Shown: positions 1 through 8,705 of the stretch, piece by piece
How positions within the stretch are numbered: the first letter of the stretch is position 1
How the letters are laid out: every line of letters starts with the position of its first letter
Assembly: GCA_033648345.1 (NCBI GenBank)
Contig: GCA_033648345.1_4121.1
Reading direction: 5' to 3' (one strand)
DNA: 64,000 nt
Origin: a phage
The notes under the pieces: model-generated
Database searches by the model: none
Told to the model about the DNA's origin: nothing
The model's input: the letters and a program-made list of their open reading frames with translations, nothing else
Position numbers and translations under genes: made by a program

Positions 1-240
1 CAAAACAGGCAACATTCGGTGGCTTGTGTAAATATGAGGACTAAACATATGTTGATTTACCAATGTGATAACATTCGTGTTATGCAGCATCCCTACTTAC
101 AAATCTTTGATGTGCAGCAGTATATGGAAGGTGATGACCCAAGAACCTATGGTCGTAAGTATGATTACTTCACTGTAAAGCAGTGTCATAACATCAAAGA
201 AGTACGACAATTAGTTCAAGAACTTCAAAATAAAGGTTGA
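1..240 (+). CDS. hypothetical protein (5' end outside window)
   Basis: Frame open from position 1; stop 238-240 lies inside hairpin terminator 235-252. Confidence 0.5.
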   Translation, partial: QNRQHSVACVNMRTKHMLIYQCDNIRVMQHPYLQIFDVQQYMEGDDPRTYGRKYDYFTVKQCHNIKEVRQLVQELQNKG

Positions 241-266
241 CTTCGGTCAACCTTTTTTGTTATAAT
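235..266 (+). promoter_or_regulatory. UUCG-tetraloop terminator hairpin with embedded -35 and downstream -10
   Basis: GGTTGAC-TTCG-GTCAACC + T6; TTGACT inside stem; TATAAT 261-266. Confidence 0.7.
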
Positions 267-295
267 TATTTCATCAACTACTGGGGATTTTAATT

Positions 296-736
296 ATGTA
301 CGTATATCGTTTTGAACTTAAATTCAGTTATATTGAACCTAACTTAGATCCAGCAAAAACAGTAGGGCCGTTCGCACGGTACTCTTCACGATACAGTACT
401 AAAAATGGATTTGACCGTTTGTGCATGACCACGCCTTCGCAATTCCAACCAGAACCAACTGAAGATGGAATCTATTCAATCAAACGTGGCTGGGCATTTG
501 GCTGTCAGAGTTTGAATGATTTGTTTAAGTTCTTTACTATGGACTTGGGTAAATTACATCGTGCAGGGTTTGCTGTATCAGTATATGAAGTTCCTGATAA
601 TCATGTTGACATTGGTCGTAGTCAGGTTCAGTACTATTGTGGTAGTGCCAATCTGGTTCGTATTATGTCAGTGAGAGAAGCAAAGGATGAGTACCGCCAA
701 AGTAAAAGAGTAATACATGAGGCTGTATATGGATAA
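296..736 (+). CDS. hypothetical protein
   Basis: 146-aa ORF, GGGGA 8 nt upstream of ATG, downstream of promoter module. Confidence 0.7.
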   Translation: MYVYRFELKFSYIEPNLDPAKTVGPFARYSSRYSTKNGFDRLCMTTPSQFQPEPTEDGIYSIKRGWAFGCQSLNDLFKFFTMDLGKLHRAGFAVSVYEVPDNHVDIGRSQVQYYCGSANLVRIMSVREAKDEYRQSKRVIHEAVYG

Positions 737-1073
737 GACTCAAATAGAATTAAAAAAATTTGTATCGTTTTATCTACCCAATGACCCACGTTGTACACAA
801 TATGATGTTGCATATTACAATGCATTGACTACACAGTTAATGAAGAAATTCAAACAGTGTTTGACTGTATTCAATGATGATGGTAGACGTAGATATAGAA
901 TCATTCCAATGAATGATGAAAACGATAACTACTTTGACTTTGATGTTGTTTTTCGAGCATACAATGATGATAGAATAAAATTAAATTATGAGCAAATAAT
1001 GCTTGACCTGAGTGTTATCTGTGTTATAATTACTCACATAGCCGAACTTGATGGTTTAAAAGAATGGTATTGA
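729..1073 (+). CDS. hypothetical protein
   Basis: ATG 729 overlaps upstream stop; track start 717 is a non-ATG extension. Confidence 0.6.
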   Translation: MDKTQIELKKFVSFYLPNDPRCTQYDVAYYNALTTQLMKKFKQCLTVFNDDGRRRYRIIPMNDENDNYFDFDVVFRAYNDDRIKLNYEQIMLDLSVICVIITHIAELDGLKEWY

Positions 1074-1087
1074 CTTAGAGGATAATC

Positions 1088-1354
1088 ATGAAGCTTAAAT
1101 TACAATACAATGGTTTTACTTTGCGTAACGACACTGAGTTTGTCAATCGTTCACCAGGTGCTGAGTTGTTTTTGCGAGAGATGAACATTCCTTTCGTCAT
1201 CACTACTGTTGGTGACCGTGAAGTTCTACAATACGCAGAGCATCCAGTTATTGATGTTCCGTGGTATTCTGAGCATATGTATATGGATATGGCCCGTCGC
1301 TACGACTGTAAGTTCGTAGTTGAAGGTGATAAAATTACAGTCCAATTCAAATAA
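1088..1354 (+). CDS. hypothetical protein
   Basis: 88-aa ORF, AGAGGA RBS upstream. Confidence 0.7.
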   Translation: MKLKLQYNGFTLRNDTEFVNRSPGAELFLREMNIPFVITTVGDREVLQYAEHPVIDVPWYSEHMYMDMARRYDCKFVVEGDKITVQFK

Positions 1355-1365
1355 GGTAACTTAAA

Positions 1366-1659
1366 ATGATCAGTACTTCAGTAAATGCAAGCATCGTGGC
1401 AGACGTAGAAATGGTTAAAGAATGTACAGACGAAACCCTTCGCAACATGTACATCAACGATTTGATTTCAGAGTACGGAAGTCGTGGTGTTCATGAGTTT
1501 GTTCGCCTGAGCGGTGAATTGATGAAGAATCGCATTCGTATGAAGCTTAATGTGCATCCAAAAGCATGGGCGTTTACAATGAAGTACGCTGAAGATATTG
1601 TTGAGTTGCGTCGCAATGATGTGTATAATCGTTTACACAATGGTACATTAAAGGACTAA
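1366..1659 (+). CDS. hypothetical protein
   Basis: 97-aa ORF, AAGG RBS, followed by hairpin terminator. Confidence 0.7.
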   Translation: MISTSVNASIVADVEMVKECTDETLRNMYINDLISEYGSRGVHEFVRLSGELMKNRIRMKLNVHPKAWAFTMKYAEDIVELRRNDVYNRLHNGTLKD

Positions 1660-1664
1660 ATTAT

Positions 1665-1696
1665 AGGAATCCGTAAAAGGATTCCTGTTCTTGTTT
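1665..1696 (+). terminator. intrinsic terminator
   Basis: AGGAATCC-loop-GGATTCCT followed by T-rich run. Confidence 0.6.
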
Positions 1697-1709
1697 ATAA
1701 GGTAATAAA

Positions 1710-1934
1710 ATGAAATATCTAGTACTAGTACTGCTATTCTTGAGTACTGTTGTATGTGCTAAACCAAAGTATCATGTAGTGTGTGTCAACGAGATGGAAG
1801 GATATACTGAAACATATAAGAACCATATTGTTGAAGTTGTAGCCCAAGGTTCCTATGGGACCATCATCTTCCTTAAGAACAATGTGATTGTTCAGTACAA
1901 AAAAGATTCAAATTGTAAAGTGACTAAAAAATGA
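1710..1934 (+). CDS. small secreted protein (signal peptide)
   Basis: N-term MKYLVLVLLFLSTVVCA hydrophobic leader; AAGG RBS. Confidence 0.7.
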   Translation: MKYLVLVLLFLSTVVCAKPKYHVVCVNEMEGYTETYKNHIVEVVAQGSYGTIIFLKNNVIVQYKKDSNCKVTKK

Positions 1935-2004
1935 TCTAGATCAATTTTTCAGATATTCTCTGTAAATAATAGCAGTACAGAACATTATTTTACGGAGGTG
2001 TAAT

Positions 2005-2241
2005 ATGGAAACTATAATCATCATATGTGCGTTGTTTGCATTTTTGGTAATGTGGTCACCAACATTCATTGCATATAAAATGAAAAATAAAAATGCAGAA
2101 GCAATTATGTACGTAAACTTATGTTGCATACTAACTTATGGAATACTTTTATTCTTTACTGAATTTACATTAATCCCAGTAGTAGTTTGTTCATCAATGT
2201 TTATTTGGTTGTTTCTGCTTTATGAATCTATTAAAAAATAA
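2005..2241 (+). CDS. small membrane protein
   Basis: 78 aa, two to three hydrophobic helices; GGAGG RBS. Confidence 0.7.
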   Translation: METIIIICALFAFLVMWSPTFIAYKMKNKNAEAIMYVNLCCILTYGILLFFTEFTLIPVVVCSSMFIWLFLLYESIKK

Positions 2242-2249
2242 AAGATATA

Positions 2250-2274
2250 GGGTTGGTATTATACCAACCCTTTT
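2250..2274 (+). terminator. intrinsic terminator
   Basis: GGGTTGGTA..TACCAACCC + TTTT. Confidence 0.65.
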
Positions 2275-2295
2275 ACTTTATGTGGGGTTTAATTA

Positions 2296-2868
2296 ATGAA
2301 TAGAAAAGGTAAGTTTAAAGTATCAAAGAAGAACAAAAGTTCTAGATTTAGACCTATAACTTTAACTTTTAAGGCTAAAGAAGAATTAACTGCACTTAGT
2401 AAAAAGATAATTTCATCTAAGATTAAAGTATCATACGTAAATTCGGTAAAATTTCAAAAGGTTAAACCACAAGACAAACTCATTTCACTTATATTTAAAC
2501 GTAATGATTTTGAGATATTAGTAGATGATTATAGAGCCTATAATGCTGGATTCATTCATGTCACTTGTAATACCGAACTAACTGAGTTGGAACATTTGAC
2601 ATGTATCATAAGTGTAGATAACGGTGTGGTGAAGTACAATTTTTTACATTTTACCAATATCAATAATGGAATGGGTGTACAATCCAGACCTATAGTACCT
2701 ACATGTGATGTGACTAATTTAGCAAAGCTCAATGAAGAAGAATATTTTCAAGAAAGCATTGTAACTGAGCATTTAGATGCTATAATAGCAACTTACAAAG
2801 AATGCATATGGGTTTTGAATGCGATAAAGCCCAAATTGTGTTTAATGAATGTCGTTCGTGATTTATAA
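2296..2868 (+). CDS. hypothetical protein, basic N-terminus (weakly related to 17071 and 36579 products)
   Basis: 190-aa ORF; Lys-rich N-term; C-terminal L-x-x-L-x-E-E-E-Y/F segment resembles the two 216-219 aa proteins. Confidence 0.65.
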   Translation: MNRKGKFKVSKKNKSSRFRPITLTFKAKEELTALSKKIISSKIKVSYVNSVKFQKVKPQDKLISLIFKRNDFEILVDDYRAYNAGFIHVTCNTELTELEHLTCIISVDNGVVKYNFLHFTNINNGMGVQSRPIVPTCDVTNLAKLNEEEYFQESIVTEHLDAIIATYKECIWVLNAIKPKLCLMNVVRDL

Positions 2869-2881
2869 CTGGAGATGTAGT

Positions 2882-3325
2882 ATGGGTTGGATTAACGTTA
2901 ATAGCATTGAACTAAATGAGCAAGACATATTTGCCTTTGTTAATTTGGTAGAGAACATTGCTATTAAAGGTCGTCTGTTTAGTTCATCGGACGGTAAAAA
3001 ATGGATCTCTCTTATGAACGACAATGGCGAGATTTATGACGTTATGCAACTACCTCATTGGGCTTATAAGAATACATCTGATGATGTGATGGCTGCTGTT
3101 ATGCGTGAGTTTGAAAAGCTACCTGGTGGTGATATTAAGAACATCGTATTCAATGCAGAACGCATGAACTACACACCGGAGCAGCTTCAACAGTTGGCAA
3201 TTGCTGCCTATCAAGCTGCCATTAAGAAACCTGAATGTGTGATATTAAAGTACACACCGGACTTGAAGTTAACACTAGAAGATATGGATTCCTTTATCTT
3301 CAGTTCAGAACTTAAACAGTACTGA
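2882..3325 (+). CDS. hypothetical protein
   Basis: ATG 2882 preceded by GGAG; track start 2849 is an upstream extension. Confidence 0.65.
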   Translation: MGWINVNSIELNEQDIFAFVNLVENIAIKGRLFSSSDGKKWISLMNDNGEIYDVMQLPHWAYKNTSDDVMAAVMREFEKLPGGDIKNIVFNAERMNYTPEQLQQLAIAAYQAAIKKPECVILKYTPDLKLTLEDMDSFIFSSELKQY

Positions 3326-3436
3326 TTTGACTTTGGGACAACCATTTCATACGTGATATAATCTTAAGTGTCTGTAGAAATAAACAGCACATGAAGTATA
3401 AATATTAAAGTAATTTATCTCTTTAAGGAGTATGAA

Positions 3437-3820
3437 ATGGTTGATAAATGGAATAAGAAAGAACCATCGCATGATGTGGATATTTCTGGAATTGATAATG
3501 CACATAAGCATAAGTATCTTGATTCACTAGGTCTACTAAAGCCTGACCAAAGTCTTGCACATGAACGCCCATCCCGCGAAAAAGCTTTCAGTCTAGAATC
3601 TCTAGGTCATGAATTGAATCGTGTGTTTGAAGATCATCCAATTTATGTACGTGATATCATTGAGAAACTTAAAGTAACTCCTAAAGAGCACTTCAAGGCA
3701 ACAGTTCACGCAGCATTCCGTGCACTACATGAAGCACTAAAGAAAACTCATAACCTTCGTAAGATTCATGATGATATCGTGAACTCCATTGAAGGCGAAA
3801 AACATAAGTTTAAAAAATAA
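3437..3820 (+). CDS. hypothetical protein, related to N-part of 5060-6553 product
   Basis: AAGGAG RBS; shares KYLDSLGLLKP / VNSLGLLNA and IEKLKVTPKE / VKALQAVPKE segments with the next large ORF. Confidence 0.7.
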   Translation: MVDKWNKKEPSHDVDISGIDNAHKHKYLDSLGLLKPDQSLAHERPSREKAFSLESLGHELNRVFEDHPIYVRDIIEKLKVTPKEHFKATVHAAFRALHEALKKTHNLRKIHDDIVNSIEGEKHKFKK

Positions 3821-3826
3821 TTAAAA

Positions 3827-3860
3827 GGGGTTGACTTCGGTCAGCCCTTTGTCGTATAAT
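3827..3860 (+). promoter_or_regulatory. UUCG hairpin terminator with embedded -35 and downstream -10
   Basis: GGGGTTGAC-TTCG-GTCAGCCC; TATAAT 3855-3860. Confidence 0.7.
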
Positions 3861-3906
3861 ATTTTCATTGCTAGAACATAAACCAACTGAGGTAATCATA
3901 TCAAAC

Positions 3907-4164
3907 ATGGCAGAAACATTATCACTATATGCATTAGTACTGTTATTTGTCGGATTTCTTCCCGCACTTATTACAGCCATTCGTGTTGTTAAACATGAAG
4001 CTGCGTTGATTGTATGTAGTATTGGGGCGAACATTCTATTGTATTTCTTTTTAACAAATACTATTGTACTGTTTGCTTTCTTTATCATGATTCTGTGGGT
4101 ACTTGTAATTCTCGGATTCTTCATTTGGTCATTGGTTGATCCTAAGAAAAAACAGGAGAAGTGA
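3907..4164 (+). CDS. small membrane protein
   Basis: ATG 3907 after GAGG; three hydrophobic helices. Confidence 0.65.
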   Translation: MAETLSLYALVLLFVGFLPALITAIRVVKHEAALIVCSIGANILLYFFLTNTIVLFAFFIMILWVLVILGFFIWSLVDPKKKQEK

Positions 4165-4165
4165 A

Positions 4166-4462
4166 ATGAAATTAATTATTGTAATGATGATGTGTTTGGT
4201 TTTCCCAGTACTGGCTACTCCTAATCTGGACTGCACACTGATGCGTTCAGATGGTGACACACTTGAAATCAACACATATGAACTCTTTGGTCCAAGTGTA
4301 GTGGAGAATGAAACCACCTACAATTTCAAAGCTATTGACTTTGAAGGTAATGTTCCAGTACTAACTACAATGACTATTGACAAAACTACTTTACTCGGAC
4401 GAATCACCACACAACGCGGAGAAAGTAAAACATTCACAGCGAAAGCTGACTGTAACTACTAA
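4166..4462 (+). CDS. small secreted protein (signal peptide, Cys near both ends)
   Basis: MKLIIVMMMCLVFPVLA leader; AGGAGA RBS; track start 4136 is an extension. Confidence 0.7.
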   Translation: MKLIIVMMMCLVFPVLATPNLDCTLMRSDGDTLEINTYELFGPSVVENETTYNFKAIDFEGNVPVLTTMTIDKTTLLGRITTQRGESKTFTAKADCNY

Positions 4463-4483
4463 TGGTATAGTACAGTGAAAATA

Positions 4484-4514
4484 GGGTTGACTTCGGTCAA
4501 CCTTTATATATAAT
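4484..4514 (+). promoter_or_regulatory. UUCG hairpin terminator with embedded -35 and downstream -10
   Basis: GGGTTGAC-TTCG-GTCAACC; TATAAT 4509-4514. Confidence 0.65.
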
Positions 4515-4527
4515 GGAAGAAATAAAC

Positions 4528-5055
4528 ATGGAACGTTGGAAATTAATTCCTGATTATGACTATTCAATTTCTGATCATGGAAGAGTAAGAAACGAACAAA
4601 CTGGATATATAAGTTGTGGATTTAAAAATAAAGATGGGTATGTGAAGGTCGATTTGTATCGCAATTCTGTGAAAAATAGAAAGGCGATTCATCGACTAGT
4701 AGCTGAAGCATTTTTACCACCACCCACACAGAAACAGTTACAGTGGGCGAGTAGAACAAAGAAAAAAGTTGTTCACATAAACCATAAAGATTGTAATAGA
4801 AGTAACAATCACTATTTGAATTTGGAATGGAGCACAGCATCTGAAAACGTACTATATTCTTATTCACATGGTAACGCAACAACTAATCGTGGTGCTGCTG
4901 TGTTGACATGGGAAATTGTAAGAGAAATAAGAAAAGATTATAATGATAATTATAATGATGTGATAGAATATGCACGAGAAAATTGTAATAAATACCGTGT
5001 ATGTAAAAAAACAATACGTCGTATTTTATACAATCAAACATGGATAGAGGATTAA
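4528..5055 (+). CDS. HNH homing endonuclease with NUMOD4-like N-terminus
   Basis: MERWKLIPDYDYSISDHGRVRN (NUMOD4-like); HRLVAEAF...HINHKDCNRSNNHYLNLEW..ASEN (HNH core). Start 4528 preferred over 4513, which overlaps the -10. Confidence 0.85.
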   Translation: MERWKLIPDYDYSISDHGRVRNEQTGYISCGFKNKDGYVKVDLYRNSVKNRKAIHRLVAEAFLPPPTQKQLQWASRTKKKVVHINHKDCNRSNNHYLNLEWSTASENVLYSYSHGNATTNRGAAVLTWEIVREIRKDYNDNYNDVIEYARENCNKYRVCKKTIRRILYNQTWIED

Positions 5056-5059
5056 AAAT

Positions 5060-6553
5060 ATGCCACAAGATAATGGGGATATGAAACATCGTAATGGTGG
5101 ACTAGTACAACACTCGGATAAATGGGCCGACCGAAATCGTCGCAAAAATAGTTATCAAGCAGGACAAGGTTCACGTGGTTCCAGAAACCAAGGAACGGGA
5201 CTTGCTGGTAAGGCAAACGCAGAAGCAGGTGAAGTTAAGAGTACTGAGAACATGACTGAGCTAGAAAAGCTACGTTATGTTAACTCATTAGGTCTTCTTA
5301 ACGCAACACAGAAACAACGCCTTGCTGATATGGAACGTGCTGAGAAAGAACAAGCAGTTCCTAAAGAAGAACCAAAACCAGAAGCTCCTAAAGCAGCTAA
5401 CCCTGTTAAAGAGTTATCTGATAACTTAGGTAAGATCTTTGCTAACAAACCACAGTTGATTCAGGGTATTGTCAAAGCACTACAGGCAGTTCCTAAAGAA
5501 GAACTCAAAGGTAAAGCACAAGCTGTACTTGATGCAATGAAAGGTAATAAGAGCACTGAACCCACTGAAGTATTCAGTACTATCATGCGTGCACTTGAAG
5601 GTACACACAAAGAAGATTCCAAAGAACCTGAACAGGGTGAAGCAAGTCTTGATGGTATTCTTAAAACTTTTGATAGTATTGGTAAAGCAGACCGTGCTAA
5701 TGCCCAGCAAGTCAAGAATGTACTGGCTAAACTTGAAAACCGTTTAGAAGGTAAAGATGATAAGGTTAAGCTCGTATCAGATGCAGTTAACAGTGCACTT
5801 AAATCTTATGTACAAGGTGAGAAAAGTCGCTTCGTAACAGCTATGGATGCTGCATTCAACACTATGAAAAAGTATGAAGCAGAACATGGTGAGAAAGTGA
5901 CACCTGATGGATATCTACTACGTAAAGATGAAGAAGGTGCAGTTGAACAGAAAGATGTTGAGCCTGAGCAAGAAGATCTACCTGATACCGTTGATATGGA
6001 TGGATACATTCATCGTCCTGAGATGGAAGAGTTTGGGTCAGATAAAGAAGGTTTTGAACATGCAATGGCAGTATATAAAGCATTAGTTAAAAATCCAGAT
6101 TATGCTAACCGTTTTGTTGACGAGTTTGATAGTGCATGGAATAACTACAAAGAGAAAGGTTATGATTTCCCTGCTGAAGCTGCATTCTTTGAACTTGGTA
6201 AACTATTAGCTAAACATGGAATTGACGTTGGTTCATCTGATTCCGAAGGTATGGAAGAAGAACATCTTGAAATGACCGATAAATCAATTCATGAACTTCA
6301 AAAGCTAATGATGTGGATATCCGAGATTGGTAAAAAAGCAGGTGCTGATAGTAAAAGTATCAACAAAAACATTAGTTGGATTAAAGATAATGTTGGTAAC
6401 AATGCTCGTAAACTACAAAAGGCGTGGGCTGATTTAGTAAATGGTGCAGATGATGTTGACATTGAATCACCAGAAGCATATGAGTATGCACTAACTACGC
6501 TCGATAACTCATTCAAAGAGTACGACCGTGGTGTTGGAAAAGATAAAAAATAA
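5060..6553 (+). CDS. large acidic Lys/Glu-rich protein, unknown function
   Basis: 497-aa ORF, GAGGA RBS; all overlapping antisense ORFs in the track look spurious. Confidence 0.8.
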   Translation: MPQDNGDMKHRNGGLVQHSDKWADRNRRKNSYQAGQGSRGSRNQGTGLAGKANAEAGEVKSTENMTELEKLRYVNSLGLLNATQKQRLADMERAEKEQAVPKEEPKPEAPKAANPVKELSDNLGKIFANKPQLIQGIVKALQAVPKEELKGKAQAVLDAMKGNKSTEPTEVFSTIMRALEGTHKEDSKEPEQGEASLDGILKTFDSIGKADRANAQQVKNVLAKLENRLEGKDDKVKLVSDAVNSALKSYVQGEKSRFVTAMDAAFNTMKKYEAEHGEKVTPDGYLLRKDEEGAVEQKDVEPEQEDLPDTVDMDGYIHRPEMEEFGSDKEGFEHAMAVYKALVKNPDYANRFVDEFDSAWNNYKEKGYDFPAEAAFFELGKLLAKHGIDVGSSDSEGMEEEHLEMTDKSIHELQKLMMWISEIGKKAGADSKSINKNISWIKDNVGNNARKLQKAWADLVNGADDVDIESPEAYEYALTTLDNSFKEYDRGVGKDKK

Positions 6554-6563
6554 ACATTTAAAA

Positions 6564-6595
6564 GGTTGACTTCGGTCAACCTTTTTTTGTAAATA
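6564..6595 (+). promoter_or_regulatory. UUCG hairpin terminator with embedded -35
   Basis: GGTTGAC-TTCG-GTCAACC + T7; weak -10 TAAATA. Confidence 0.6.
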
Positions 6596-6624
6596 TTGTA
6601 GAGGGTTTTATAAGAGGTAATGCA

Positions 6625-6876
6625 ATGTTTAAATATGTTTTATTTTCACTTGTATTGTTTACTGATATAGTTTATAGTACTGAATACCAGTGCTCCATTG
6701 CTAGACAGGAGTTTAGAAACGGTGAGTTCTATACCAAGTCTTACACTAGAGGATTGGTACATGACAATAATAAAACTATAGGGTTCAATGCATTTGATAA
6801 CAAAGATCGATATACGTCTGGAATACTATCTGAACGTAAGTCGGATATACTAGGTATCGAGCGTGAATTCCGGTGA
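6625..6876 (+). CDS. small secreted protein, or N-terminal part of a split gene
   Basis: Signal-peptide-like MFKYVLFSLVLFTDIVYS; ends where the next ORF opens in the +1 frame. Confidence 0.55.
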   Translation: MFKYVLFSLVLFTDIVYSTEYQCSIARQEFRNGEFYTKSYTRGLVHDNNKTIGFNAFDNKDRYTSGILSERKSDILGIEREFR

Positions 6877-7237
6877 CACGGTTGCAATGTGTAATGATAT
6901 TGAGAGTACTAAGAAAGTATATACTAATGGTGAAAATACTTTTAGATTCCACAATCTTACTACCAATGAAAGTTTATACTTCTACAACTGTAAAGAGTTC
7001 ATTAAACCTGTGGATAACTCATGTGATATGCCGGAGCCAAAAGCTGCTGTATGTGAGGAACCACAATCCAAAGCTGACAAAGATTCAAAAGATAAGAAAG
7101 ACAAAGCTGACAAATCGGATAAAAAAGAAAACAAAAAGAAAGCTAAAGATGATAAAGATAAAAAGTCCCCTAAGCCAAATCCATTTGAAAAGCCAAAGAA
7201 TGAAAAGCCAAAACCAGACATGACATGTAAAATATAA
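6863..7237 (+). CDS. Lys/Asp-rich tail protein, or C-terminal part of a split gene
   Basis: GTG 6863 or ATG 6887; no clear RBS; KDKKDK low-complexity tail. Confidence 0.45.
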   Translation: MNSGDTVAMCNDIESTKKVYTNGENTFRFHNLTTNESLYFYNCKEFIKPVDNSCDMPEPKAAVCEEPQSKADKDSKDKKDKADKSDKKENKKKAKDDKDKKSPKPNPFEKPKNEKPKPDMTCKI

Positions 7238-7244
7238 AAGAAAA

Positions 7245-7277
7245 GGGTTGACTTCGGTCGGCCCTTTTTGCTATAAT
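7245..7277 (+). promoter_or_regulatory. UUCG hairpin terminator with embedded -35 and downstream -10
   Basis: GGGTTGAC-TTCG-GTCGGCCC; TATAAT 7272-7277; leader CATTTCATCAACTACTGGAGG. Confidence 0.7.
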
Positions 7278-7303
7278 CATTTCATCAACTACTGGAGGTA
7301 AAC

Positions 7304-7717
7304 ATGTTAAAAGTTATTTTCCGTTCTATCAGTTCATTACTTCTTATGATTAGTTCAGTTTGTTATGCAAATGAAGTATCTGATTTATTTGAGAAGAATT
7401 ACCCAACCGCACAAGAGATGGGTGTTTTAAAATGCAAGCTAACTTCGTACAACATCATCGGCAGTAAACTTGTACTGGAACATGAACGTAGTACACCAAT
7501 CCCTCTAGTAGAAGAAGGCAGTACCTTTAGCTTCAAGTACGGGGTGAATGTAACATCTGGTGTAATGAACAATGTTGATGCAGAGACTGGTTCAACATGG
7601 AGTACTAGCGGTAAAGATGTGTTTCATCGTATGCGTGAAAATGGTAAACTGAAGTACGTATATGAAAGTTCATTCATGAAACGTGTATTCATTATAAAAA
7701 ATTGTGTACCAGCATAA
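7304..7717 (+). CDS. secreted protein (signal peptide)
   Basis: MLKVIFRSISSLLLMISSVCYA leader; GGAGG RBS. Confidence 0.75.
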   Translation: MLKVIFRSISSLLLMISSVCYANEVSDLFEKNYPTAQEMGVLKCKLTSYNIIGSKLVLEHERSTPIPLVEEGSTFSFKYGVNVTSGVMNNVDAETGSTWSTSGKDVFHRMRENGKLKYVYESSFMKRVFIIKNCVPA

Positions 7718-7728
7718 GGAACAACATC

Positions 7729-8004
7729 ATGCGTTCATTTGAAAACTTAATCGGTAAACTTCGCTTACAAGAAATTGAAGATGATGTGAAGGAATTATCT
7801 GAAACTAAGAGTTACATTCATTTAGATGAACTGTTTATTAAGTACGGTGAGATTGGTTTTAAGTCATTATTTGTTTTTGTCATGAAGGTGCATAGTTTAA
7901 AGTACTTTGATTTGAGTTCAAAAGACGGACAACCAAATCTGTATTACATGTATTATCTTAAGAACATAGACGAAGCTAATACATTATTCTTAGAATATAT
8001 GTAG
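7729..8004 (+). CDS. hypothetical protein
   Basis: ATG 7729 after AAGGA; track start 7702 is an extension. Confidence 0.6.
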   Translation: MRSFENLIGKLRLQEIEDDVKELSETKSYIHLDELFIKYGEIGFKSLFVFVMKVHSLKYFDLSSKDGQPNLYYMYYLKNIDEANTLFLEYM

Positions 8005-8014
8005 GGGTAAAAAA

Positions 8015-8353
8015 ATGGAACAACATTTTGAATTAATTAATAAGGTATCATTTTATGTAGTATCGTTAATTTGGGTGTATTACATGTTTTGTTACATTAT
8101 TGCATTCTTCCGATACACAACCTTGTATCAACGCATATACTACGATGCACCCATTTCATTTATGATGTTCTGTGCATGTACGTGGGGGATAATTGAAGCA
8201 CTGGTATGTGGATATAGTACTGACGAATTAAATCTCGTATCGGTGTTGACATTACTAACAATTGCTACTATGATAGCTACTGTTCCGATATTTTTGCTCT
8301 TTAAACTGCTTCATCGCATCGATGAGTGGCGTAATAAAATCCCTGAAAAGTAA
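8015..8353 (+). CDS. small multi-pass membrane protein, paralogue family member 1
   Basis: 3-4 TM helices; FFRYTTLYQRIY motif; C-term WRNKIPEK. Confidence 0.75.
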   Translation: MEQHFELINKVSFYVVSLIWVYYMFCYIIAFFRYTTLYQRIYYDAPISFMMFCACTWGIIEALVCGYSTDELNLVSVLTLLTIATMIATVPIFLLFKLLHRIDEWRNKIPEK

Positions 8354-8362
8354 GGATTGATA

Positions 8363-8704
8363 ATGATTTTTTACACTAATGCGTTTGCTTATGCCGTTGC
8401 ATCAATCTACATTGTGTACTTCTTATTTGGTGGAGTACTGTACTTCTTTAAGTACAAAACATTGTTTAACCGAATGTATCCAAATCATCCAATTGTAGTA
8501 GTACTTTTGATTATTTCTGTTGCTCACATCATTGTAGAAACAATAATGGGTATCAGTGCAGTACATTACAGTCTAGGTACTATTGTAATTATTACTATGA
8601 TCATCGCATACATTTTAGTAATGGGTTTTGGTTTATTTGGAAATGTAGCAATGAAATTGTATAATCGAATCAAAACATTACGTGATAATCTACCGGAGCG
8701 TTGA
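8363..8704 (+). CDS. small multi-pass membrane protein, family member 2
   Basis: ATG 8363 after AAGGA; YFFKYKTLFNRMYP; C-term LRDNLPER. Confidence 0.75.
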   Translation: MIFYTNAFAYAVASIYIVYFLFGGVLYFFKYKTLFNRMYPNHPIVVVLLIISVAHIIVETIMGISAVHYSLGTIVIITMIIAYILVMGFGLFGNVAMKLYNRIKTLRDNLPER

Positions 8705-8705
8705 G

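Noticed and set aside
5461-6579. Five minus-strand ORFs (5461-5715, 5480-5710, 5806-6009, 5862-6083, 6298-6579) antisense to the 497-aa gene
   Set aside because: They lie entirely within a long, well-supported plus-strand ORF. They have low-complexity Ser/Leu/Cys-rich translations typical of the antisense of Lys/Glu-rich coding sequence, and no RBS or promoter.
6873-7223. Alternative-frame ORFs 6873-7223 (+) and 6982-7221 (-) over the KDK-rich tail
   Set aside because: They are low-complexity frame artefacts of the A/G-rich repeat. The 6863-7237 frame is continuous with a structured N-terminal part.
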